Under the pieces are notes generated by a model, which was not told the origin of the DNA, ran no database searches, and worked only from the letters and a program-made list of their open reading frames with translations. This document shows, one piece after another, positions 20,122 to 28,921 of a stretch of 64,000 nucleotides of DNA. The stretch is from Desulfatiglandales bacterium (lineage in GTDB: Bacteria; Desulfobacterota; DSM-4660; Desulfatiglandales; HGW-15), in the NCBI GenBank assembly GCA_963667015.2, contig CAXXJJ010000001.1, forward strand, positions 256,001-320,000. Reading direction: 5' to 3'. Each line of letters opens with the position of its first letter. The stretch's first letter is position 1. Made by a program: the position numbers and the translations under genes.

Positions 20122-20956
20122 GGGAATGAATTTGCCTTGCAGTCAGTTTAAGAAAAATGTCTTCAAGGCTCTCCATACCGGAATCGAATCGTAATTGTTC
20201 CAGTGATCCTTTTGTAACCAGTTTTCCATGGTTGATAATAACAGTATGAGAACACAGCCTTGTTACCTGATCCAGAAGGTGGGTTGAAAAAAGGATGGTT
20301 GTACCCTGACGGCTGATCTCCTTGATAAGATCATAAAAAAGATGTGTGGATTCAACATCGAGCCCGTTGGTCGGCTCATCAAGCACAAGCAGCTTTGGCT
20401 CGTGCAGCAGAGCAAGAAGCAGCCCGAGCTTTTTTTTCATTCCCCGTGAATATTCTTCGGCATAGTTGTGGATTTCATCCTTAAGGCGCAGGTTTTCTAT
20501 AAGCGGATCAATCCTTGACATTGTCTGCCCTACATCAAGACCATGCATTGCTGCGCTGAGCGCCAGGACCTCGCTGCCTGACATATAGGAATAAAAAACC
20601 GGTTCGTCAGGTAAAAAACCTATGAGTCTTTTAACTTCTACGCGATCATCAAAGGCATCCAACCCGTCAACAGTCAGCTTCCCTTTTGTTGCCTTGAGGA
20701 TACCCATAATGAGCCTGAAAAGGGTCGTTTTCCCGGCGCCATTGGGCCCGAGAAGGCCGCAGATCTGACCTGGCGGGACAGAAAAGGAGATATCTTCCAG
20801 TGCTGTTTTTTCTCCAAAGGTTTTTGTAATTCCATGTATTTCGACAAGGGGCTGTAACCTGCCTGCCGAATCTTCCTTATTTACAGGCATTGATTCATAT
20901 TCAGTTTGAGCATAAGCTTCGGACATTGTAAATAACCTGATAAAGATAAAAAGCAA
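20114..20956 (-). CDS. ABC transporter ATP-binding protein
   Basis: Walker A GPNGAGKTT, signature YSRGM, LDEPT, STH. Overlaps the permease gene. Start may be a later Met. Confidence 0.93.
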   Translation of the reverse strand: MLFIFIRLFTMSEAYAQTEYESMPVNKEDSAGRLQPLVEIHGITKTFGEKTALEDISFSVPPGQICGLLGPNGAGKTTLFRLIMGILKATKGKLTVDGLDAFDDRVEVKRLIGFLPDEPVFYSYMSGSEVLALSAAMHGLDVGQTMSRIDPLIENLRLKDEIHNYAEEYSRGMKKKLGLLLALLHEPKLLVLDEPTNGLDVESTHLFYDLIKEISRQGTTILFSTHLLDQVTRLCSHTVIINHGKLVTKGSLEQLRFDSGMESLEDIFLKLTARQIHSHE

Positions 20957-21230
20957 TGTTTATCAACAAGAACACAAAAGTCTTTCTTAAAAATCACATC
21001 AATGAATTGAAATCAAAAATCTAGAAAACCCGGATGGAAAAATAAAACATTATGAAGATGATATTGCCTGGAGATATTAGTGTGACATCACTGTATTGTC
21101 AAGTTTCCTGTAAATGGAGGAAGGCTCCATCATGCCCCTCACCACCGGCCTTAGCTATAGCTTTTGCCTGGCAGGCAAGGGGGAGGGGTCCGGGAATATC
21201 TATCGTCTTATATAGAACAGCAATTGAAAA

Positions 21231-21665
21231 TTATTTTTCCTCATCTTTAATATAAAGTTTTCCCGGCACAGTAGTGAAATGAAATATAGGCCGGTCAACC
21301 CTTTTAAGTATCAGGGGGCAGTGTTTCATGTGGGCCGGCACAAACAGCATGGCGCTCTTTGTGATAATATGCCTTTCATCCTCAAGCCATATCTCTATTT
21401 CTCCGCCCAGATCGTAGGGATCATCAGGGTTGATCCCGAAAAATCCGATGATCTCGTCAGCATCATGGACATGGGGCACATCTTCAAGGGTTTCGGCAGC
21501 CTTAAGGTACCATGCGGTATTCATATGAAAGGCTCCTTCAACAACATTCTCATCCATCCACAGGACCCTCTTTGCATACTTTGAATAGTCCGCTTCTATG
21601 CTTTTCTTTTCTTCAGGAACCTTAAGGTCGGTTACAATATATTTTCCATATTTTGTGTCGCTCAT
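21231..21665 (-). CDS. Cupin-like protein
   Basis: PHVH..DEII.F.G...P.DLGGEIE...P...HCP motif. ATGA overlap with the upstream sulfotransferase. Confidence 0.8.
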   Translation of the reverse strand: MSDTKYGKYIVTDLKVPEEKKSIEADYSKYAKRVLWMDENVVEGAFHMNTAWYLKAAETLEDVPHVHDADEIIGFFGINPDDPYDLGGEIEIWLEDERHIITKSAMLFVPAHMKHCPLILKRVDRPIFHFTTVPGKLYIKDEEK

Positions 21666-23167
21666 TTGTTATCCTTCTCTTCTTTTTCTCTTCCCTGTGT
21701 TCCTCCCAGGGTCCATACTGCCGCTCCTTTGCTGATACCAAAATCAGGACGGGAGCCATCCGCAGCAGGAATTGTAAACATGTAATTAGGGCCGGCGTCC
21801 ACCGGCGATTCCCGTGGTTTTTCAAGCTGAGGCACCCATTCATAGGGCATGCGGTAAGAACGGTAGACAAGTGTTCGGGTCATCGGCATATCAGTATCCC
21901 ACAGGTATGGATTCATGTATTCCCATACGATCTCATAATCCCGGGTGATCTCTATGATACGCCCCTGTGCGCCCTCTGTAATCAGAGTGTTTCCGTTGGG
22001 CAGCCGCTGAGCAGAAGAGACATTTACACTGTATAATTTATGTCCGTATACTGCATCGGGTTTTCTGGAAGAATTGGGAGAGTATTCCCACACAATCTCC
22101 TTTGTAACCGGATTAAATTCAACCACCCTGGAATAATCCCTGCGCATGACGCCTATACCATCCGGGGCAGAATCGGTGGGAGCCCCGTAACCTGAATTGC
22201 CCCCGTTATCAAAAACCATAATATTGCCTGCTCCGGGCAGTCCTTTGGGGATCATGTGTGTGTGGTGAATACCTATCATCCATCCGAGTTTTTTGTCATC
22301 TCCTTCTCTGTAATAGGGCCCTGCACGCCATACAATTTTGCCGCTTTTGTGCTCTATAATTGCAAGGAGTCCTGCTTCACGGCTGTCTATTATGATGTTG
22401 TCGGGATGGAACCTCTTATCTCCGCTGTCATACCATTTGTTGGGGCCAAGGTAGGATGCACAGTTTTCATGAAACCAGTCAAATCCATCCCCTTCACTCA
22501 TGGCCTTACGCTTATATGTCTGCATGGCCTTTAATGCGGCATCATCAAAACCCATTTCATCAAGATGCTCTGATGCCTTCCAGGTCCAGGTGATCTTTCC
22601 GGTTGCAATATCCACTTCATAAAGTGCATCATCAATCAGCTGAACTTCTTTATTTATCTTTTCATTCTTTACATTGTAATGGGCAAGGGCAAGGACAGTC
22701 CCTTTTTTCGTGTCCACAGGAGGGGCATCCGGTATGTAGTAACCCACAGGATTTCCCTTTAGCTGGAGGTCATGATGCTGCCTTGAAATCCACATGGTTC
22801 CGTCGCCTTCATTGGCCTTTCCCTCCACCCATTTATCGAATCCCCACAGGACATTATCATCGAAATCCCTGATCTGAATCTGTATGGCGTCCTGCCTTCC
22901 ATGTTTCCATGGGGAAGTTGCAGATAACAGATAGCCCCCGGGATATACCTTGTTGGGATGATGGAGTTTTCCTTTCCATAGGTGAACCAGGTTGCCGTTC
23001 ATATCAATAAGCAGACCTTTATCAGCAGAAAGTATAGTAAAACCATTCCAGCATTTATCAGGTTTGTAGATAGTTGTTCCAAGCGGATAGACGCTCGGGT
23101 GGGCATGGATGACAACCGGAACAAAAAACATGAGAGCAAGAGCAAGATATCCTGTAATACGTTTCAT
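21662..23167 (-). CDS. Periplasmic aryl-sulfate sulfotransferase (ASST) family protein
   Basis: Signal peptide; LIDMNGNLVH.W, RQHHD, DWFH.N, FDNG, SRVVE.NP, SSAQRLPNGNTLITEG, YRSYR motifs. Confidence 0.88.
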   Translation of the reverse strand: MKRITGYLALALMFFVPVVIHAHPSVYPLGTTIYKPDKCWNGFTILSADKGLLIDMNGNLVHLWKGKLHHPNKVYPGGYLLSATSPWKHGRQDAIQIQIRDFDDNVLWGFDKWVEGKANEGDGTMWISRQHHDLQLKGNPVGYYIPDAPPVDTKKGTVLALAHYNVKNEKINKEVQLIDDALYEVDIATGKITWTWKASEHLDEMGFDDAALKAMQTYKRKAMSEGDGFDWFHENCASYLGPNKWYDSGDKRFHPDNIIIDSREAGLLAIIEHKSGKIVWRAGPYYREGDDKKLGWMIGIHHTHMIPKGLPGAGNIMVFDNGGNSGYGAPTDSAPDGIGVMRRDYSRVVEFNPVTKEIVWEYSPNSSRKPDAVYGHKLYSVNVSSAQRLPNGNTLITEGAQGRIIEITRDYEIVWEYMNPYLWDTDMPMTRTLVYRSYRMPYEWVPQLEKPRESPVDAGPNYMFTIPAADGSRPDFGISKGAAVWTLGGTQGREKEEKDNK

Positions 23168-23299
23168 TTACAGACCTCCCTGGACAAAAAAGTTAGCATG
23201 GCATATTAATCCGGGCTCTTTAAATTTTTATAAGAAGATTGTTGAGATAATGATAGATCCGCTTTTAAATGGCATCTAAGGCGGTGAAATGTCAAGATG

Positions 23300-23340
23300 A
23301 AAAAGTCCGGAAGGAATAAGCTTTTATCATTCCTTCCGGA
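23300..23340 (-). terminator. Intrinsic terminator after UGSC selenoprotein 1
   Basis: TCCGGAAGGAAT/ATTCCTTCCGGA stem followed by CTTTTT on the minus strand. Confidence 0.75.
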
Positions 23341-23354
23341 TTGATTATAAAGGA

Positions 23355-25097
23355 TTAATAACTCGCATAATTGGGGACGATGTTACTGTACTTTTTAACA
23401 AGACTGTCCCAGTTTTTGGGAAGGTTTATTTTTACAGTAACAAATTCGTTCTCAATGCCTCCCACGCTTCTAAGAAGGCCTGTCCATGCACCGGGTCCTC
23501 CGGCGACTATAATCATCAGGCTGTCTGTGTCCACTGCCTCAGGCGGTTTTGAGAGAATATCCTTTGCCTCTGTCTTGCCGCCCTGGCTCTCCCGGTATGC
23601 ATCCATGGGATTTTCTGACCCCTTCATCAGGAACTCCTTGAGGCTCTTCTTTGTCCACCCTTCACTTGCCAGGGTCTCTGCATGTGACGGAATAACAATA
23701 AAACATGACATGCTCCATGGATCCATATTCTTCATACCTTCGGCAATACCCTTTGCATCGGTTCCCAGCGGCACTGCCTGCAGGTAGTTATTGGGAAAAA
23801 ATACCGTAAGTGTATTGTCCTCTTTCCTGAATCCCCGTTCCACATGAAGAGGCTCCCATGGACTTTTCTCTTCGTCCTCACCTATAACCAGGGTATATTT
23901 CATGGGATTACCTATAACTCCCATGTCCTCAATTGCCTTACGGGCTCCGCCGATATTTTTTATAACCAAACCTATGGCACGTCCGATGGCTGCGTTTGCT
24001 ATGTCACCTGGGCTGAGAGCTCCGGAGCTGTAGTTGATATGGACCTGATCCCGTATGGGCCCATTGATGGCAAAGAAGGGGGCCCATGAACCGGTACTTA
24101 CCTCAAAGGTATCAAACCTCGTTTTCTGATCTGCCAGGGCCTCGATTGCTGCTATTATCACTGGCATATGGGTTGGAAGAGCTCCGGCCATTACTGCATT
24201 GACTGCTATTTTTTCAATGGTTGCCTTGCCCTTTCTCGGAATAACCTTTGCAACAACATGATCAGGAGGCAGGTCCGTTCCAAGCATCATTTCCTTAACC
24301 GCCTCTTCTGTCGGCGGCACGATGGGCAGGCCGTCTGTCCAGCCGTTCCTGTAAAAGAACATGTTTACATCTTTATAGCTGCCCTTGAATGCAATCCTTG
24401 GAGGCTGTTCCGTTGACCATTTTGGTGCCTTTTCATGTTCGGTCAATGGTTTTGTTAACGCCTCAACAATAGCGGGCATTGCCTCGGCCGTACCGGCATC
24501 AATATCTTCAGGGACAGTTGATTCACATTCCACATTCAATGGCAGGCTTCTTAAAACAGGCATGCCCTTGTTGGATGAGGCGGACTGTGCATCCTTTAAA
24601 AACCCGGGATTCACCAGTAACACGACTGGTGTTCCAAGCTCCTCGATCGACATTCCGTTGTAGACGAGAAACTTGGTGCAGGAACCTCAATCCCCTACCA
24701 TGAGAATAACAGCATCATTACCTTCTACCCATTTTTTAAAGGTCTCGCTCTTTTCGGTTTCTATTTCGGTAGCATTCCACTTATCAGAATGATAAATGCT
24801 GAACTGTGATTCAGGATAAGCTGATTCCAGCTTCTCCTTAAGTGATACGGCTATTGGAATAGCTGCACGTTTGTAGTTGGCAAAAAGGCCGATTTTTTTC
24901 CCTGAAAGATTTTGCAGTCTCTCCGAAATTCCCTTAAGCGGCCTGGGGTCAGCTTCTCCCCAGGGACTAAGGGCTTCGTATTGAACTGCGGATTTAATAC
25001 CGGATGAATCTTTTCCAGAGTCGACACAGGCTGACAACCAAAATAAGGCCGGTATGGCAAAGATCCCCATCATTCGTAAAAAACGGAATCTGTGCAT
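23355..25097 (-). CDS. UGSC-family selenoprotein, predicted lipoprotein (joins ORFs 24687-25118 and 23355-24653; Sec at 24687-24689)
   Basis: GGG GAT TGA GGT TCC TGC reads GD-U-GSC, in frame and stop-free into the next ORF. SECIS-like hairpin follows. Lipobox LSAC; C-terminal WTDGLPIVPPT and AVNAVMAG motifs. Confidence 0.9.
24634..24676 (-). promoter_or_regulatory. Candidate bacterial SECIS element
   Basis: Starts 10 nt after the UGA. CCAAGUUUCUCG pairs with CGAGGAGCUUGG (12 bp, 2 GU); imperfect upper stem; loop ACGGAA. Confidence 0.7.
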
Positions 25098-25180
25098 AGG
25101 TTCCCCCCTTTCAATCATTAAAAGGTTTAAAGATTTTATAACAGTGAATCATAAATTATATATCTTTTATATATTAATGG

Positions 25181-25209
25181 AGTTTAGAAAATTAAAAGAA
25201 TTGTGTCAA
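25181..25209 (-). promoter_or_regulatory. Sigma70 promoter for UGSC selenoprotein 1
   Basis: TTGACA-17 nt-TAAACT on the minus strand. Confidence 0.7.
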
Positions 25210-25367
25210 TGATAGGGATTGTTATATCGCAGATTGATTGATGAGTTGAATGGTTCCTTTTCTTCATCCTCCCTGCGCCTCAATTCCGCTCTTTACTGTA
25301 ACTGCTTTCCGGGTGCCACAGGAGAAGGTAGCCGGGTAATCCCCTTTCAAAGGGATGGCCTGGAAAG

Positions 25368-25404
25368 AAAAAACCGTGACCCCTTTATCAGGTTCACGGT
25401 TTTT
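25368..25404 (-). terminator. Intrinsic terminator after UGSC selenoprotein 2
   Basis: AAAAACCGTGA...TCACGGTTTTT hairpin. Confidence 0.75.
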
Positions 25405-25456
25405 ATCTTTAGAACCGGTATCTATACCGGTTGATGATCAGATCAGGACTGATTAA

Positions 25457-27187
25457 TTACCTCCAGTCATCAATTTTGATACTGCGGCCGGCACGCATAC
25501 CGCCTGCGCTCCAGTAGTTATTATTACTTGCACCGGTGACAATAACAGGAATGCTTTCCATGTTACCCATTGACGGCATTTTCGGCATAGGTTTTCTTGG
25601 AGGTGCGTCGCCTCCTGCAGCTGGTTTCGGTTTCATCTTTGCAAAACCGCCAAAGGACGGAGCCGGCGCTATAAACTTTTGAAGGTCTGCAATAGTGTCA
25701 TAATCCTGTTTTACAAAATTGGCGATCGGAGGGCTCAATACAAAAATTGTTCCGAATAAAAAACCCTGCTGCGCTGCAATATCCTTCATAATCTGGGGGT
25801 AATTCATCTCTTTGCCCCAGGAGTTTGCAGCCCAGTTTGCCGCTGAGAGAATTCCCCATCCTGTAAAGAGGGTAGCCACATTCTCACCCTTTTCAAAACC
25901 CCTTCGAACTGAAAAGGGTTGGAACGGGGATTTTTCTTCGTTCTCGGCAATAACTATGTTGATCAGGTTCCCGTGATTTCCAATAACACCCATGTAGGTC
26001 GTGCCAACTTTTCCATTATTTCCGACATTAATAGATGCGAGGCTCCATGCCCTTCCAATAGTTGTATTTGCATGGGCAAAGGGACCTACTGCACCAACAT
26101 CATAATTAAGACCGATTTCATCCCGAATATTACCATTGATGACAACTGCACTCATAAAGCCGTTATCAGAAATAGATATTGCTTCCATTGAGATACCGGT
26201 ATTTGGATCACCCGACAACATTGCCAGAAGTACCGGCATATATTCCGGTTTACATCCAGCCATTACCGCGTTCACTGCTACATCTCTAACTGTAAAAGTC
26301 CAGAATTCAAAGTAATGTCCTGTATTGGTAGGTGACATTTTGCCGACGACTTTATCTGGATCATGACTTGTTCCCATCAACATTTCATCTACTCTTTCTT
26401 TTGTTGGAAGGACAATAGGAAGAAAATCTGTAAATCTTTTATCCAGAAATAATTTATGCAGTTCGTCTCGTGTTCCAGTATAGGTCTCGGGCCCTCTGTC
26501 CCGTTTGATTTCGCCTGTTTTTTGCTCTTCAGCGGTTAAAGGTTTTGTAAATTTTTCAACAATCTCCTTCATTACAGGTTGGCCTGAAATCGGGTTATTA
26601 CCGTTAATTACATCCCTGCGTAACTGCTCACGTGTTTTTGCCCAGACCGGTCCCTGTATCCATTGAGTCCTTATTCCAGGCATACCACACTGTAATGCCT
26701 TATCCATCTCCTGTTCGTAAAACTCTGAAATTACGACAGGAACAGCAGGGATACCCATATTTGCTTCAAAATTGATTGAGTGCTCGACAACTGCCGGCGC
26801 GCACTGGCTTCAATGGCCGAGGGCGATGATTATGCCATCTGCCTTTTCCTTTATCTCTGCCCATAATGCCGGGTCTTCTGCCTCAAATCCTCCACCGCCT
26901 TTTCTTTTATAGAGGACATTAGTCTTGGGGTGGTTTGCCTTGAACCAGTCGATCATTTCATACAGAAGATTATCTCCCCCTATAAAGCCGTCATCGACAA
27001 AATAGATGGTCTTTCCATCAAGGGTGTCAAGACGAGTAGCCATTTTTTTTAACTTGATATTTGGCGGATGCCCAAGTGGAGTCAGCACCGTTATTTTTTC
27101 TTCAGCCGATGCTGTCTGAACCTGAATGCCCAGGAAAAGTCCCAGGCATAGCGCTGCAATCAAAGCAGCCGATAAACTCTTCTTCAT
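25457..27187 (-). CDS. UGSC-family selenoprotein, secreted (joins ORFs 26810-27187 and 25457-26758; Sec at 26810-26812)
   Basis: GGC CAT TGA AGC CAG TGC reads GH-U-SQC, with 17 sense codons in frame to the next ORF. Signal peptide ASA-EE; TDFLPIVLPT and AVNAVMAGC motifs; RBS AAAGGAGG. Confidence 0.9.
26779..26805 (-). promoter_or_regulatory. Candidate bacterial SECIS element
   Basis: AGUGC/GCACU lower stem and CGGC-AGUU-GUCG upper hairpin. The loop begins 17 nt after the UGA. Confidence 0.6.
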
Positions 27188-27512
27188 ACTAAAGCCTCCT
27201 TTAAAAAATTAATAGTTAATTCTCGGTCAACGATTAATTGTACCATCCCGTCTCCGGGAAATGCTTTCCCCGCCAGTCCCGTGGTTTCACGGGTTATTTT
27301 AAGGTATTTAAACCCTGATATATGGCATGGTCTGCAAATGATGGTTTAATAAAAAAGCCCGTTTAGGCTCCCGGGCAAAAACGAACTAACCAGCCGCAAG
27401 CAGCAGGATATCAACCCAGGAAAAAATCTATTTAATTATCGCAAATAGCGAGATACTAGACTCTGCGCTTTACAATAAAGTTGCTATTATATTTCTTAAA
27501 ACATAGGCGACA

Positions 27513-27541
27513 ATTTTATTTTAGCTTCGAATTTTTGTCAA
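27513..27541 (-). promoter_or_regulatory. Sigma70 promoter upstream of UGSC selenoprotein 2 (leader of about 320 nt)
   Basis: TTGACA-17 nt-TAAAAT on the minus strand. Confidence 0.7.
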
Positions 27542-27907
27542 TGTTCAGGTTTCATATTTAATTGTTTATTTTTGGACAATTTTATCACTTTTTTAATACA
27601 TACGGCCATAACTGAATAATACCTCTTTTAAAAAAATCTACGGCAAAATTATGGATTCCGTGCAATTATCTTTTTTAAAATCAAACAGAAAATATGACTT
27701 TTGATATGAAATTAATGGGTTATAAAGCTTCCGACACGCTGGAATCAGATATTTTAAATATATAAGCAGCGATCAGCATCAGCTAAAACCCCGTTTTAAA
27801 GGCATTTTGCTGAAAGCCGAACGCTCACAGCTGACCGAGTCCATTCAAAAAGAGCCGTTTATTGATGGGCTAAAACCGTTTGTGTGTTTTTAAAATGAGG
27901 TAAAAGC

Positions 27908-27939
27908 AAAACAGGGCGAATTTAAATTCGCCCTGTTTT
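27908..27939. terminator. Palindromic terminator
   Basis: AAAACAGGGCGAATTT/AAATTCGCCCTGTTTT perfect palindrome just after the 27947 stop. Confidence 0.8.
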
Positions 27940-27946
27940 TCAATAA

Positions 27947-28405
27947 CTATTTCAGCTTTTTAGCAACTACTTTCATAGGAGGCATTCCGCCACCGCCACC
28001 GGGGCCGCCGCCCATGCCGCCTTCAAAACCCATAGAAAAAGTAATCTGATCACCTTCAATAGTCCCATCCCACTTGATTGTCATCTCATTTCCCTGCATT
28101 CCCTGTGTTTTATAGGAAAAAGAAAGTTTGTTGCCCTCAATCTTGCCATCGGTAAACTCATTTGCAGTGTCACCAAACGAACTCTTTACAGATCCGCTCA
28201 GCTTGGTGCCGTTTTGTTTTAAGTTATAGGTAAACTTCATGGGGGGCATACCGCCGCCACCGGGGCCACCGCCACCAGGGCCACCACCGGGACCGCCCTC
28301 CATTTTCATCTCGCCTTCATAAGTTCCTGTTATATCAGCGGCAAATGATGGGACGGCAAAAAGACAAAAAGCTGCTACTAAAAAAACGATCATTTTTAAA
28401 CGCAT
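27947..28405 (-). CDS. Secreted small beta-rich protein with Gly/Pro-rich loops
   Basis: Signal peptide (SFA-ADITGTY); two GGPGGGG...MPPMK repeats. Confidence 0.75.
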   Translation of the reverse strand: MRLKMIVFLVAAFCLFAVPSFAADITGTYEGEMKMEGGPGGGPGGGGPGGGGMPPMKFTYNLKQNGTKLSGSVKSSFGDTANEFTDGKIEGNKLSFSYKTQGMQGNEMTIKWDGTIEGDQITFSMGFEGGMGGGPGGGGGMPPMKVVAKKLK

Positions 28406-28921
28406 AATCTTTTCTCCTTCTTTTGATAGGTAAATTGGGGTTTATTTGTGAGACCGGATTTTGAAATTCTTGTCTTTTACTGAAGAGACATATTATTTTG
28501 GCTTCCAGTCTTTGTCAAGTTTTGTGTGTGAAAAGCAGAACAAATAATGCAAAAAAAACAAATGTATGAGCAAAAAAGCAACTTTTACCAAAAATGTGTT
28601 GTCTTTGACAGCAGTTTACAGATTTCTATTCAATGTCCTTATTATTTTTATTCATGGCAATTTTCAGGTAAGCCTGCCATTAACTATAAAAAATGTTATT
28701 GAGTAAAAATGAAGCAAAAATATAAAAAAATTGAAATTTACAGATTAAAATCCAATAATGATCGGCAAGCCATTTTAGATTATGAGCTCAACAGGGAAAA
28801 ATCAATAAAATTCATTTGCAGATATTCAGGCTTTGACCTTATAAGAGTCGTTAGTTACCTTTATATGGTTACAACCAGCTTCAACTGAATTTGAGTATTG
28901 AGTAATTGTTAATTCAAAAGA

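Noticed and set aside
23355..27187. Reading the UGSC region as four separate genes or two nonsense pseudogenes
   Set aside because: Both breaks are TGA, in frame, at the homologous U-x-x-C position, and followed by hairpins. Independent nonsense mutations are far less likely.
27184..27246. 20-codon uORF ending in TGA overlapping the selenoprotein ATG
   Set aside because: Weak RBS and expected by chance. The main gene has its own strong RBS.
27322..27336. TGGCATGGTCTGCA as a sigma54 promoter
   Set aside because: GG-GC spacing is 2 nt too short, and it points away from the nearby gene.
27985..28300. GC-rich CCGCCACC repeats as CRISPR or VNTR
   Set aside because: They simply encode Gly/Pro linkers. 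No repeat-spacer array or cas genes were seen anywhere in the window.
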